Origin: the human T2T-CHM13v2.0 reference genome, Homo sapiens
DNA: 64,000 nucleotides
Assembly (NCBI RefSeq): GCF_009914755.1
Contig: NC_060943.1
Reading direction: 5' to 3' (one strand)
Both the position numbers and the translations under genes were made by a program. Numbering within the stretch: the first letter of the stretch is position 1; every line of letters starts with the position of its first letter. Below the pieces are notes generated by a model. It ran no database searches. It was not told where the DNA came from and saw only the letters and a list, made by a program, of their open reading frames with translations. Of this stretch, positions 24,509 through 44,010 are shown piece after piece.

Positions 24509-24676
24509 TAAGTGGTGTGATAGAAATCATTATTGTCACAGAATTCTGAAAATGACACTGTCCTAAAGAGAAGGAAAATGTGGGAGGGGTGAGAGTTAAT
24601 AGACTTTCTTAGGCAGAAGAGGGGTAAGGAAAGACACTGTGGGGGGCAGAGAAATAGTGAGAGGGGAAGAATCTAA

Positions 24677-25115
<439 letters not shown>

Positions 25116-26479
25116 TGATTCTCCCGCCTCGACCTCCCAAAGTGCTGGGATTACAGGCATGAGCTACCGTGCCTGGCTGAGCAAATCATCGTAAAGAGGA
25201 GAAGCAGAGACAGGGAGGGGGAGATGTGGATGAGTAAAATGAAAGGGAGGCCGGGCACGGTGGTTCACGCCTATAATCCCAGCACTTTGGGAGGTTGAGG
25301 TGGGAGGATCGTTTGAGCCCAGGAGTTTGAGACCAGCCTGGACAACAAAAAGAGATCCATCTCTACAGAAAAAAAAAAAAAAAAATAGTTGCGCATGGTG
25401 GCACATGCCTGTAGTCCCAGCCACTTGGGAGGCTGAGGCAGGAGGATCACTTGAGCTTAGGAGATCGAGGCTGCAGCGAGCTAAGTGCACACCGCTGCAC
25501 TCCAGCCTGGGCAACAGAGGGAAACCTGTCTCAGAAAATAAAATGGAAGAGAGAAGATGGGCATGAGTTAAATGAAAGAGACCACCCCAGACCTGAAAAA
25601 TGATGGAGGAGAAAGGGAGCAATGGAAGAGACCAATGGGGGACAGAGATGTTTATACAAAGCTGAAAGAGACTTTCAATCACAGGAGGAGAGATGATGAG
25701 GCCTGGTGAGGGAATAAAGGCGACTTTGGGTGCAGGGAGAAAACACTGGTCGGGAGAGGCTGTGAAAGGAAAGTGAGATCGAAAATCACCCAGCCAGCGT
25801 TGGTGGGTTAAGGAAGGACCTGAAAGGCTTGAAGAGAACCCCCATCCCGGCATAGAAGAGGAAACGCACCCTCGGGAAGGGAAGAGAGAGAGCTGGGGGA
25901 CCCCTCGATGGAGTGAAGGGGGAACCTGTGAATTGGGTAGGAAGAGACCACCACATGGTGGGGAGGGGGAAGGCCGGGGAGACTGGAAGAACCCACCTTA
26001 AACAAGACCTGAAAATAGCCAAGAGGGGCAGCAAGAGACCCTCGTTGGGAGGTCTGAGGAGTGACCATGGCAGGATCTGAGAGAGGAGGATGCCTGTTGC
26101 TGGGACCGGGGTTCATTGGAAGAGACTACGGGGTGGGCGGGGGTTGGCGGGGAGTTGAGGAGGCTGGAAGAGACCATTTCACGAAGGCATGGGGGTGGCC
26201 ATAGGCGGCCTGAAATAGAGTAATCCCGGAAGGACAGGGAGAGAGGGGTGGCCGTGGGTGGGGTGGGGTGGGGTGGAAGGGACCACATCCAGCAGGCTGA
26301 GGTTGGCAATGGGGAGCTGGAAGAGACCACCAAAGGCCGACTAGGGGCTATGGCAGCGGGAGGGAGGGCTACCTAAGAAAGCACTCCAGGCCATGCACCA
26401 GACAGATTTGGCCGCATGGCTCTAGGGGGCTTGAAAGAGACCGCCCCGGCCGGGCTGGCGCAGTGGCTCCCGCCTGTAA

Positions 26480-27067
<588 letters not shown>

Positions 27068-27070
27068 TGA

Positions 27071-27373
<303 letters not shown>

Positions 27374-27474
27374 TAGAGGTCCAAACTTCTAGGTTCGATG
27401 GGAGGAGAGGGTTCCAGAGAAGTGGGTGAGGATGTGTTCTGGGATTATGAGGAAGAAGGGGCTGAGGTCCCTGA

Positions 27475-27633
<159 letters not shown>

Positions 27634-27764
27634 AAAGCTATCTGAACAGAGGAAGATAATGTAGTGTGAAGTCCCCATTTGTCCTCAGCCTGTAACTCCC
27701 CGTGTGCCTATAAAGAAGTTAATAGAGCAAGCCTGAGTCCTTGTGGTGTGATGTATCTTGATGA

Positions 27765-28007
<243 letters not shown>

Positions 28008-28648
28008 TGATTCTCCCACCTCGGCCTCCCTAGTAGCTGGGACTACAAGCGTGCACCACCATGACTGGCTAATTTTTTAATTTTTTTGTAGCAACAGGGT
28101 TTCACCACATTGCCCAGGCTGGTCTTGAACTCCTGGGCTCAAGCGATCCTTGGCCTCCCAAAGTGCTGGGATGACAGGTGTGAGCTACCATGCCTGGTGG
28201 CCCTGCCTTTTATGAAGGGATTAGTCTTTGCCAGGTCCCTGTGCTGTGTTTTCCATGCTATACCTCATTTCATGATCATAACAACTGTGAGGTTGATATT
28301 ATTATCCCCACTCTACAGATGAACAAACTGAGGCATAGATTGTGGGTGTCAAAATTTGCCTTGGGTCAAACAACCAGGGAGGGTCAGAACCTTGATTTGA
28401 ACCCGAGTCTGGTATACTTCAGAGTCCATGATCATCTCTCTCAATTAACTGCTTCCTCTTTTTGCCTCAGTGTTCATGTCTGCAAAATGTAGATATTAAT
28501 AGTTATAACCTCATAAGGTTGTTGTAAGAGTCAAATGAAAGACAACTTAAAAAGCGCTTAGTGCAATGCCTAGCACCACATGTGGATTCTAAAGACAATG
28601 TATGCCTGAGTAAACAGTAATCATCATAATAGCTGCCACTTACTGAGT

Positions 28649-29868
<1,220 letters not shown>

Positions 29869-30877
29869 TTAATACAAGTCACTGGATGGAGCTAGTCACA
29901 TGGCCCACCCAGCCACATGGGCACCAGGAAGTGAGATCCTGCCCCAAGGTCAGAAGGCAGAGAACTGGACATGTTTCATTAATAGCACAAATGACCACCA
30001 TGACCCCTTAAGAAGCTGTTTTTCATTTTATTTTCACAACTCTATGTCATAGGCACTATTATTCACATCTCTGTTTTCAGGAGACATCAGAGGCTCAGAA
30101 GGCTGTCACATTGGCAGTCACACAGCTAAAAAGTGGCAGAATTTAAGATTTTAATCATTGGGTCATGTTGTTGGGGAGAAAGAGACCACATCACACACAG
30201 AGAGAACAAGTCTGTATTAGTTGCTTTTGCTACATAACAAACCACTCCAAAATTTAGTGGTTTAGAACAATCACCTATTTAGTTAATGATTCTCTGGGTT
30301 GCAACTTGGTCTGGGATCAGCTGGGCAGTTCTTTTGCTGGTCTCAGCTGGGTTCAGCTGCCTATCAGCTAGGGAGCTCTGTTTCAGAGGTTGGTTGGCTA
30401 TGGGTGGCAGGGATCAAGGATGACGGAGCCATGTGTCTCTTTTCCCTTTATTACCCAGCAGGTTAGCCCAGATCTTTTCCTTTTCTTTCCTTCTTTTTAT
30501 TTTTTTAGACATTGTCTTGCTCTGTCACCCAGGCTGGAGTGCAGTGGAGCCATCATAGCTCACTTCAGCCTCGACTTCCTGGGCTCAAACAATCCACTTG
30601 CCTCAGCCTCCCCCATGTAGTTGGGACCACAGGTGCACACCACCACATCTGGCTAATTCTGTTGTTGTTGCTTTTTTGTAGAGATGGGGGTCTTGCCATG
30701 TTGCTCAGGCTAGTCTCGATCTCCTGGGCTCATGAAATTCTTCCACCTTTGCCTCCCTAAGTGCTGGGATTATGGGTTTATACCCATATGCCACCATGCT
30801 CAGCCAGCCCGGGGTTTGGATGTGGCAGTGGTGGTAGGGGTCCCAAGGGGAGCAAGAGAGGAAGTCCCAGTGCATAA

Positions 30878-31180
<303 letters not shown>

Positions 31181-32524
31181 GCATAAGCACTTTCCAAGCC
31201 TCTGCTTGTATCATGTTTGCTATTGTTCTAGTGGCTGAAGCAAACCACATAGTCAAACCTAGAAGGAGAGCAACAATCCAAGGGCATGGCTACAGAAAGG
31301 CTGGCCCAGTTGGGGTCATTAATGGGTATACCTGGCTCCAGAACTAAGGCGCTTTACCATCATAAGCTCCCAATGTTTAAACAGTAAGTCTGCCCGCACT
31401 CCTTCCAGGGTGGAAAAACTCAGATACTGATAAATTCTCTTGATCACAGCCCAGTTTTTCCCAGCGGATTCCCCACCATCCCTCCTATCCCCAGACGCTG
31501 GAGTCTAGGTTTCCAGCCCAGTCAAAATCTCAAGGATCTTTCTTTTCCCTCAAACTCCAAAAGAACAGACACGCAATAGGATTTCTATTCATTTTTATTC
31601 ATTCCTCCAAAGAGCACCACAGGCCAACCACACCCTTGATGTGTCCTTCATGGTTCCCCACTGCAGTGGACACAAATCCCTCCCTCATTATCCAGGCATG
31701 GATGGAACTCTGCTGTGGTGAGGAGGTTGTCTCGCCCACTCACCCAAGTTTTCCATGCCTGTTCTGCTTTTGATGGCAATGCCAAAATTCATCATACATT
31801 TCCTTGAATTCCTGCCTTCAAGGGTCTTCCAGCCCTGTGGTGCCATGCAGACACACTTCAGTGGCGGCCAGTGATCTGTCTACAAGGGAGTCTTAGTCTT
31901 TTCTGCTTGGATGCTCCCAGGGACAGATGCCTGCCAACAACCTTATGTCTTCACAAAGACTAAAATGGAATCCCATTAAAAGTTATGATTTAAAAGGCGA
32001 CCACCCCCAAAAGAAGTCATAACACTCAAGGGTGTCAATATATACAACTGTGTAAACACAACCAATCTACAACTATATCAACACAACCAGCACTCCTCTA
32101 TGGGCACAGACACACACACAAAATTGTCTTGCTTTCTCAGATATGATCTCTGGCATGACTCCTGCTGGCATGAGGGCAGAGGAAATTGAGAGGAGCAAAG
32201 CATATAGCAGTGATGTCAGACAGGACCAAATCAGAGACAGGGTCAAAGTGGCAGAAAAATGAGGAGCACACTCCGAGCAAAGGCATGGGGGTGAGACAAA
32301 GGCACCCAGACTAGAGCCATCTTGGTGCTGCCCAGGGGTGGGTGGCACTCATGTTTGAGCTCCATGTGTCAGGCTTTTCAGGAAAGGGTGTACTATGTTA
32401 TGTGTCTGTGTGCATATTGTGTGCCTGCATGTACATACATACGCTGAATTCTCACCATAACCATGTGAGGTAGATGCCATTTGTAGAGTGACTTGCCCAA
32501 GTCAGTGGAAGGACTATCTGCCCC

Positions 32525-34478
<1,954 letters not shown>

Positions 34479-37166
34479 CTAATATGATGGGGTAAAGATA
34501 TGGATGAATATTCTTCCCCAAAGCTGAAAGAGCTTTCATGAAAATGCCTGGAGCCATTCAGTATAGAACTAAGTGCTCTTCCCCATGGTAGCTATCTCAA
34601 CTTTGAAGGGACAAATTTTGTCAGCAGTGGGAGTCCAAGCTGGAGATGATGGTACCATCCCTTGTCTGCCCTTGGATCAGTTACCTTTGTCTTCAGCTTT
34701 TAAGGGAGACAGGATCTCAAAACTAAGGTTCTTATCCAGCTCTTTTATTTCACAGATGGGAAAATAAGGCACTGTCCAAGTAACACACAGTGACAGTGGC
34801 AAAGTCGTGCTTGCTTCCCAGGTCCCTGACCTCAGACAAGGGTGTTCTCTCCCATTAAATGCTTTTTTCTCCTCATCTTGCTCCATTTTCCTATCTTGTG
34901 GCAAGAGATTAACAATCTAAATTCCAATCCTAGTTCTGACACTGACCAATGAAATAAACATTTAGGCTGGGTGTGGTGGCTCACACCTGTAATCCCATCA
35001 AGGCAGGAGGATCACTTGAGGCCAGGAGTTCAACACTAGTGTGGGCTACAAAGCAAGACCCCCGTCTCTACAGAAAATTTGGTGCTGTGTACCTATAGTC
35101 CCAGCTACTCTGTAGGCGGAGGTGGGAGGATCGTTTGAGCCCAGGAGTTGGAGATGGCAGTGAGCCATGATCATCCCACTGTATTCCAGCCGGGGCAACA
35201 GAGCAAGACCCTGTCTCTAAAATAATAATAATAATAATAAATATTTACGAAGCACCTATTGTGTCAGGCACCTATTGTTCTAGATGCTGGGGAAACAACA
35301 GAGAACAGGACAGGCAACGGGTCAAAAGCCAATAAACAGGTAAATAAATAAGATCATTTTTGACAGTAATAATTGCTACAAGGAAACTCAACTGGCCGAA
35401 ATGAATAGTGGGGGAATGTGAGCTACTTCAGATAGGGTGGTCAGGGAGGGGAAGTCCTCTCTGAGGGGATACGTGAGCTGAGATCTGACTGAGCCCGTCA
35501 CAGGAAGGTTTGAGAGTAGAACAGGAAGTTGTGAGTAGAGCCTTGAAGGAAAGAGAACAGCAGGTGCATGGGTCCCCAGGCAGGACTCAAGGTAGCCACT
35601 CAGGCATCAGAAAGAGTCAGGCGGCCATGATGGCTCACACCTGTAATCCCAGCACTTTGGGAGTCTGAGTCGGGTGGATCACCTGAGGTCAGGAGTTCGA
35701 GACCAGCCTGACCAACAGGGTGAAATCCCTTCTCTACTAAACTACAAAAATTAGCCAGGTGTGGTGGCACATGCCTGTCATCTCAGCTACAGTCATCACA
35801 TCCCTGTACTCCAGACTGGGTGACAAGGTGAGACTCCATTTCAAAAAAAAAAAGAAGGAAAGTCTATCAGGCTGGACAGGAGTGGGAAGGGGCAGTGAAT
35901 GAGAATAGGCAAGGGCCAGACCCACAGGGCCTTACTGTGTGCTGTTGGGCCTCAAGCCTGCCCTCTCTGGACTTTGCTCTTTCTGTCTACGACAAAAGGG
36001 ATTCTATCGCTTGGATTCTCAGATCCTCCTTTTCTGTTTTTGACACTGAAGAATTCTGTAACCTGCAACTTTTCCCCCACATGTGGCTAGCAGCCTAGAA
36101 CATTCCAGGCACTGTGGTTTCTGCCTTTGCTTCATTCACTCCTGGCATATTCCCATGGTCTCAAGTGCCTGACCACCCATTTGGTGGGCCCCTGGCTCAA
36201 TGCAGCACCCTCTATGTACATCAGAAAGCAGAGCCTCTTGGGGATACCCGAGGTGTCCATACAGAAGTGTTTGGACCAGTGCAGCAGTACAGCTGCTCTT
36301 CTGAAAAGGAAGGTGCACAAAACACCAAGGCCATAAAGGGTTATGGTTAAATACCAGGAGAAAAAGGCCAAAAAAAGATAGAAACTCCTAAAGAAAAGAG
36401 ACAGAGAAACAGACTCCCCAGAGATCACCTGAATTGCTCAGCACCTAGAAGATGAAGGCAGTCATATCCCTTCCCAGTCACACTCACAGAGGCAGTTGCC
36501 GGGATCCCAATACAAGGTTTGGAGGAGCTGTCTCTGAGGTATGCTTTACTGCCCTTCCACACCCAAAAGACCTCATTCCTGGTCCCTGGCTACTCCCAGA
36601 GCCCACCATGCCCAGACCTCTTACCCACCTCACCTCATTTTTGTGGGACCACCCTCCCTACATGCTTTTGGAGGGCAATTATAGAAACCCATCCACTCCC
36701 CAGGAGAGATCAAGAAGTCTCCAGCTTTCTCGCACAAGCCCCCGATCCCTCCTCCAGATGCAGACCTCCCCTTACCCAATATTTAGGAACCAAGGTCCAC
36801 AGCCATCTTAGAACCCCGGAAGTCTCAGACCCCAGGGGCCTCCGCCACCCCATCAAGATTCAAAGCCCACTGCTCCTTGGGGACCTGTGTGCAGGCTTTT
36901 TCTCCCAGAGAAATGTAGACCCTGTTTCCCTCTGAGGCTCTGAAGCCCAAGAGTTCCAGCTCCCTGGGGCGCTCAGGTCTCCCTCCCCTATACTGGAGTT
37001 CAGGTCCCAGTCATGGACACCTCCCCACCAATTAGGAAACAGGACTTCTACCAGCCTCCCTGGAGGACTAAACATCCAGTAACTCCAGTTTCTACTCCCT
37101 AGGAGACAAAGACATAGTCCCTGCTAGAGTCTGGGCCACCAACTCCCTTCAGGACAGAAGGGTCTA

Positions 37167-37634
<468 letters not shown>

Positions 37635-37668
37635 TCAGAGTCTGGACTCCCAAGCCCCCTCCCACTCC

Positions 37669-39010
37669 TCACTGGGCAGGCTCAGGGGGTGCCAGCACAG
37701 CCTCAGCATCAGCCCGCATCTCATCGAGAGCCTGCAGCAGGACGCCGTGAGCCGCTCGGTAGCCCAGGCCACCTGTCGCCGCTGCACCACCCGCAGGCCA
37801 CAGGAAGGAGAGAGCCCCCAGTGCTGCGCCCCCAGCAGTGCCCTCGCCCGCCCAGGCGCCCAGTCTTGCTTCCACCTCGGCGCGCGTCACCGGGCCTGGG
37901 AAATGAGCGCGCGCTGCCAGCTCTCCAGAAGCCAGGCCCAGGGCACGCTCACGTCGAGCCAGTGCCGTGGGTTCCAGCCCCAGGCCCCGTCGCCACTCCG
38001 CCAGCTGACCCCGCAGAAGTGCCACGTCGCATGCCCAGCCCAGCCCTGGGAGTGGTGCCGCCGCCGCCGCCAGACTAGCCAGCAGAGCTGGCCTCCACGC
38101 CCCGGCTCGCAACGCCGCAGCCTTGGTTCGGGCAGCGCTGGGAGATGCTGGTGGCAACGCCAGCAGCAGTGCCCCTGCCTGGGCTGGGGGGAGCGCTCGC
38201 CGCAGCCATTCGCATAGCCCTGGGAGTCCGCCAGGCCGTAGGGGGAACACTGGCGGCGGCGCCTCCTCCAGCACCTCCCACGTCTCGTCCTCCGGGCTTA
38301 ACGCAGCGGCCCGCTCTGAGTCGCCACCACCTGATTTCTTCATGCCGACAACCTGCTGCAAACCCTCGCTGCCAGCTTTCCCAGGACCTTCCCCGCTGCC
38401 TGCTTTCTGCGATCCAGCGCTACATTTCTCCCTTCCCTTACTGAGTGCATTCTCCAATCCCCCTCCACCTGCGTTCTTTAAGCTCTCGCCCTTGGGATTC
38501 TCCATCTTGCCTTCTCCCAGACACTCCGGATCCTCGCCCTCGCCGTCTGTGCGCACGCAGACAAGAGGCGCATCTGGTAGCAGCAAGGCCTGGACCTGGG
38601 CCCAGTCCTTCTCAGTGGGGGCCCCAGGGGTGACGAGGATGAGGGCGTCGTAGTGCGTTGGGTGAGAGGCGGCGGCCGCGGTGGTGGCAGTGCCCGTGTG
38701 GCCCAGAGGCACGGTCCAGAGCACCACATTCGGGCGCTCTGGGGCTGGGAAGGGAGTGGGTGCTGTGGGGACCGAAGCAGGCGCAGCGCCTGGGTCGCCA
38801 GGATCCAATCCAAGCAGCATGTCCACCACAAGGCCCACGTCAGCCTTGCCAGCCACGGCCAGGTCTAGCCGTGCGCTGCCCAGGCGCTCCAGGCCTGAGC
38901 GCACCCACGACAGCGCAGCCTCAAGGCCGCCGGTCTCAAAGGCCTCACGCACAGCCTCTAGCTCTGCTGCACCCAACACCTCGAAGCCATCCTGCGCCGG
39001 TGGCAGGAGC
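37669..39010 (-). CDS. IRGQ: IRGQ last coding exon (immunity-related GTPase family Q)
   Basis: CACAG| acceptor at 39012-39011, 1342 nt to TGA; with the upstream exon 530+1342 = 1872 nt = 623 aa; LIR-like FEVL and WEVL. Confidence 0.95.
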
Positions 39011-40451
39011 CTGTGGGGACAAGAAGGGACAGGGTCAAAGGTAGAAGAGGGGCTGGGTGACATGGACTGGGCTATGATGACAAGGGCAGAGCTTTCCTAA
39101 TGATCCCAGAATGGGGCAGGGGTAGGAAAGGGAAGGGCCAGACTGATGGCACAGCAAATAGAAACCAGATAGGGAGAGGCAGTGATGATATGGGTGGGGC
39201 TTCAAGCAATAATGGAGTCTTGATTATTGGACGGGTGGACATAAGGTCAGATTTCCCACCCCAGCCTAAAATGGGGATTGGGCTAAAACTTCCATGGAAT
39301 ACAGTATTTGGGGGCGGGGTTTTTCCAAGGGTCGGCTGTGCTGGGTGGGACAAAGCTCACAGAGGGTGGGGCCTAGAACAAAGAATCGCAACTGTATTGT
39401 GGCCTAAACACAAGTCCAGCACTATTTGAGACAAGGTCCCCAAGGGCACTCTTTTCAGGGGCTGGGCCTAAGGAGGGTCAGTGAGGGGAGAAATCTCATC
39501 TACCAGTTCTTACCAAGGGGGAGTGGCTAAGGTGACTCCCGGGCAGGTGAGGCTAAGGAAAAAAGATGACAGTGTACTGGGACAAGGGACTGTCCCTCTC
39601 TGAGCCTCGTTTTAAAGTCTTTAAAATGAGGAGGCTGGCAGGTGGTAGAGCAAATCCAGGAGGTAGCCAGCAAGTGGGCACAGAAACGAGAGGGAGCTGG
39701 AGAAAGGAGGTAGATGAGGATGCCCCAAAATAATAAAGCTCATTGCGGGTGTGGCTTTAGGTGCTTGAAAACAAAACTGATGGTGGGGAGGGCTCAAAGA
39801 TTAGAGTTTTCAGGTAAAATCTTCCAGGGGGCTGGGCAGAGAGTCTCACGACTGTAATCCCAGCACTTTGGGAGGCCAAGGAGGGTGGATCACCTTGGTG
39901 GGGGCAGGGCCTGGAAAAAGGAGCCTCAGGGCCCCAGCAGATAAAGTGTTAAGCCTTTCCCTTTTAATTCTAGGGCTTTGGGAAGCCTGGGTGGGGGCAT
40001 GGCTTGAGGCCAAGAGTTCAAGACCAGCCTGGGGAAACAGTGAGATGCTGTTTTGCAGCCTGTAGTATTAGCTACTCTGGAGGCTGAGGCAGGAGGATCA
40101 TTTGAGCCCAGGAGGTGGAGGCCGTCAGTGAGCTAGGATCGCGGCACTGCACTCCAGCCTGGGCGACAGAGTGAGAACCTGTCTCAAAAAAAAAGGCCGG
40201 GTGTGGTGGTTCACGCCTGTAATCCTAGCACTTTGGGAGGCTGAGGCGGGAGTATTGCTTAAGGCCAGGAGTTCAAATTCAACCTAGCCAACATAGCGAG
40301 ACCCTGTCTCTCAGGAAAAAAAAAATAATAATAATAATAGAGCTAAGCCTTGCCCCAAACTCACTGGGGGAGGGATCTCATGGACCTCCATGGACGCACC
40401 TAGGTGCCTAGGGTCTCGACTAACGGACCCAGCCAGAAAGCCGGCACTCAC

Positions 40452-40981
40452 CTGCGCAGCGCTTCTGCCTGGCTCTGCAGCGCCGCCCGGAGGCGCTCTA
40501 GCTCCTCGCAGCCGTCGCTGCTGCCGCAGTTCGCCGGTAGCACAAACAGATCCGCAGCTCCTAACCCCGCGCTGTTCAGCAGAGCTGCTGTCTGATCACG
40601 GGCCTGGGCGGCAGTCTGTGAATCCCCAGGACGGAGGTTCCGCACAGCCAGTAGCGGGGTCCCTCGGGCCAGGGCGGCCAGCGCTGCCTCTCCCAGGGCT
40701 GGAGCCAACGGTTCCCCGTTCCCCTCGGGTCCGGGCAGCACCAGTACCAGCACGTTGGCTTCCGCCGCCCAGGGCCCCGGCGCTGCGGGTGGGCAGCTCA
40801 GCTCGCCCAGAAAAAGGCCTGGGCCCGCAGCTCTTAGGCTGGGAACCCCGGAGTCCGGCCGTCCCTCGGGGGCCTCGAGCGTCTCCACATCCTTGTCGCA
40901 CAGCGCTGCGATCAGCGCGGACTTCCCCAAGCCCGGAGGCCCCAGGAACAAGGCGGTCACGTCACCCTGCGGCGGAGGCAT
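40452..40981 (-). CDS. IRGQ: IRGQ first coding exon (MPPPQGDVTALFLGPPGLGKS...)
   Basis: CAG|CC ATG (exon edge 40983), P-loop GPPGLGKS, donor AG|GTGAGT, phase 2 joins 39010 to give AGG (Arg). Confidence 0.95.
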
Positions 40982-41229
40982 GGCTGGAAAGCAACGGGTA
41001 GAGAAGACCTGGGTCAGGGAGCACCTAGCCTTTTCCTTTCCTAGCCGCCCCACTCGGAACCCAGGCCTCAGTCCTTCACCCTGTCCCCTTCGGTTCTTGA
41101 GTGTCACTCTCCAGGACCTAAAAAATCCAGAGCCCAGACCCTATTCCCCCAGAATCCCAGGCGTCCTGTCTGTCCGCCCTCCCTCTAGATGGAAACGTTT
41201 CCCTTTCTGCTTCAAAAACTCTGAAATCA

Positions 41230-41616
<387 letters not shown>

Positions 41617-41619
41617 TCA

Positions 41620-42400
41620 CCAACCGAGCAAAAAGCCGACCCACGGGAGAGAGCGCAGTCGGTGGCAGTAGGTCAGCAGCTGAGAAGCCCGGCCCCTGGG
41701 CCGCGGCGGACGGAGGCCGAAGAGGCCAGGGAGCGGTGATTTAGAGATGCCGGGACCCGTCCCGGTAGCTTTAACCTGACGTCACTCCCTCTCCCAAGGG
41801 GGTGTGTCTTGGAAGGCCGACAGCAGAGACCCAGCCCTTCGCCGCGCCTGCGCAGAACGGCCGAAGTGTGCACGCCCCTCTTTGGCGGCCTCAGGGCCTA
41901 GAACAATGAATGAGTCAACGCGCCTGCGCGCCACGAGAGCCTACCCACGCATGCGCAAAAGGCTTAGCTAGCTAAGCCGCGGGAGGCTGAACGTCATCAA
42001 ACGCGCCATAGGGCAGAGAAGGACCCCTCCCGTTATTTTGAGGACCGGGCTGGTGCGACTATACTACTGCCGGATGGCAAATCCGGGATCTCGGCTCCGA
42101 GAGGCTCATCTGGCAAAAGGGCGCGGAAACCACGGGGGCCCTGAGACTGAGTGGTCCCTATCCCACTTCTCTCTGGGGCGGCGCTGTAGCCAGCGGCTGA
42201 CAGGCGCAGCGAAAGGCAGCCCTCTGCTGTAAGGAGGAAAACTGAGGCCTGGGAGCAGGAACCTGTAGGCAGCGCTTGAGGGTAGCGGGATAGCAGCTGC
42301 AAGCGCGCGTGGGAGGCGGGGGCTCTGGGCGGAACAAAAATCACAGGATGTCAGAGGATGTTTCCCGGGAAGAACTGGGATAAAGGGTGGGTATCACTAC
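41620..42400. promoter_or_regulatory. Bidirectional CpG-island promoter for IRGQ (-) and ZNF576 (+), including their non-coding first exons
   Basis: CpG-rich; CRE TGACGTCA 41777-41784, AP-1 TGAGTCA 41911-41917, NRF1-type GCGCNTGCGC at 41844 and 41920 and CGCATGCGCA at 41948; candidate donors TTG|GTGATT (- strand, 41621) and AGG|GTGGGT (+ strand, ~42386). Confidence 0.82.
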
Positions 42401-42751
42401 CTGCCCCAAGACACTTGAGATTGGGATGACGCTGGTGTCAAAGATCAAGGCTTCCACGCTGAGTTCAGGGAGTTAGTTTGATGCAGCAGGTCATAGGTCA
42501 CACCAGTGAGAAGACTCTAGGGGAGTCCCAAACCCAGGAAATCCAGTCCTTTGGGAGGTTTGAAGCTTCTTTTAGCAAGAACTCCATCAATTAGAGTTCA
42601 AGGAGATAGTATGTCGTAGGGGTCAAAGGCAGGCAAGGAGAGCCTCTGGCGATGTCAAAGGTCATAGACTTAGGGTGCCCTCTAAGACTGGTAACAGATG
42701 AACAGCTTCACTTATGCACGCTCCTCTCCTGACTAGAAGGGTCCCAGCACC

Positions 42752-42836
42752 ATGGAGGACCCGAACCCTGAAGAGAACATGAAGCAGCAGGATTCACCCA
42801 AGGAGAGAAGTCCCCAGAGCCCAGGAGGCAACATCT
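42752..42836 (+). CDS. ZNF576: ZNF576 coding exon 1 (MEDPNPEENMKQQDSPKERSPQSPGGNI-C)
   Basis: Strong Kozak accATGg, TAGAAG tandem acceptor at 42734-42739, 85 nt then |GTGAGT, phase 1. Confidence 0.92.
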
Positions 42837-43463
42837 GTGAGTACACATGGCTGGCGGGCTAGAGGAGGGTGGGGTGCAGGAGCTGATGCTAAGATCTCTG
42901 TGGCACTTCGGTGTCCAAGGCGCCACAGAGTTTTGCCTGTTGAGAAGGGGCTGTAATGGTCCCTGAGCTGCTCTAGCAGGAAGTGCATCTCCTCACACCA
43001 GCTTATGTGGCCAGAGTACTCACCCTCCTCTGGCCACATAAGCAGGATTGCAATGCTTATGCATTCAGAGGGATAGGGTGGCTTCCAGGAGAGGCTTGGG
43101 TTGGAGATGTGGCTGGGAATGGTTCTATTGGGAGAGAAACCCCAAGATTCTGGTCCCAACTCTGCCCTAGACTTTCAGTGTAACTTGGGCCTTGGTTTCC
43201 TTGACTGTCAAAAGAGGGTGGTACTTCCCACCTCACAGGGTGGGTATGGGATTAACTGCAGCAAAGGGGAAAGCTAGGGGTTAATGATGGTAGCCAGTTT
43301 GACATGTAATAGCAACACCTCCTGCTCAGTGTTTTATTATGAGCTAGGTGTATTTATTCTCATATTATGAACCATTTTAACATTCATTATCTCATTGAGT
43401 CCTTCTAATAATAGGCCCTTTAAACTGGGAACTGAGGCAGAGAGAGGTATTTGTAACAAGAGC

Positions 43464-44010
43464 TGTAGTCTCAATGCCCTTGAGCCAGAGACTACCAGGA
43501 ACACACCTGCAGTTGAACACGTTGGGTTTCTCACTGCAATGAACACAGACCATGGGGGGACTGTGGGGTGTCTCACTAAGAATGGTAAAAACGACACAGG
43601 ATTTGGGCTTGTGGGTGGTGATTTTGGGGAAGGTTCAAGCAAAATTGTTTTGCTCTGGATTGGATGCTACCAGGAAGCAGGGGCAATTCTATGATTGGCT
43701 ATCGTAATAAATCTTACCCAGAAGGAGGAAGGAAGGAGGCGAGGCTCAAGCTCTGACTGATAAAGCAGCAGCAGACATTCACATTAGCCAGGATAGGAGG
43801 ATGTTTGGTCATTTTTCTGCTTGGACAGCATTCATATTTTGTCTGTGCTCAGACATTATGATGATGTAGTCTTGTCTTGATTCATTTTAGTCACAGCGTG
43901 GCCTTGTCTGTCCTTGATATTCTGTGAAAATTTATGTTCAACAGAACACCAAGGTCTAGCTGTGAGTACCAGGCCAGATCCTGGATGTCGGGCTGGATTT
44001 CTCTGTATCA
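43464..44010. mobile_element. Probable ERVL-class solo LTR in the ZNF576 intron
   Basis: TG...CA bounded, MER76-like wording by eye; family uncertain. Confidence 0.4.

Noticed and set aside
40984-41107. In-frame N-terminal extension of IRGQ in the ORF track, and ATG 39063 as a start for the second exon
   Set aside because: Both lie in intronic sequence upstream of clear CAG acceptors; the spliced model gives exactly 623 aa
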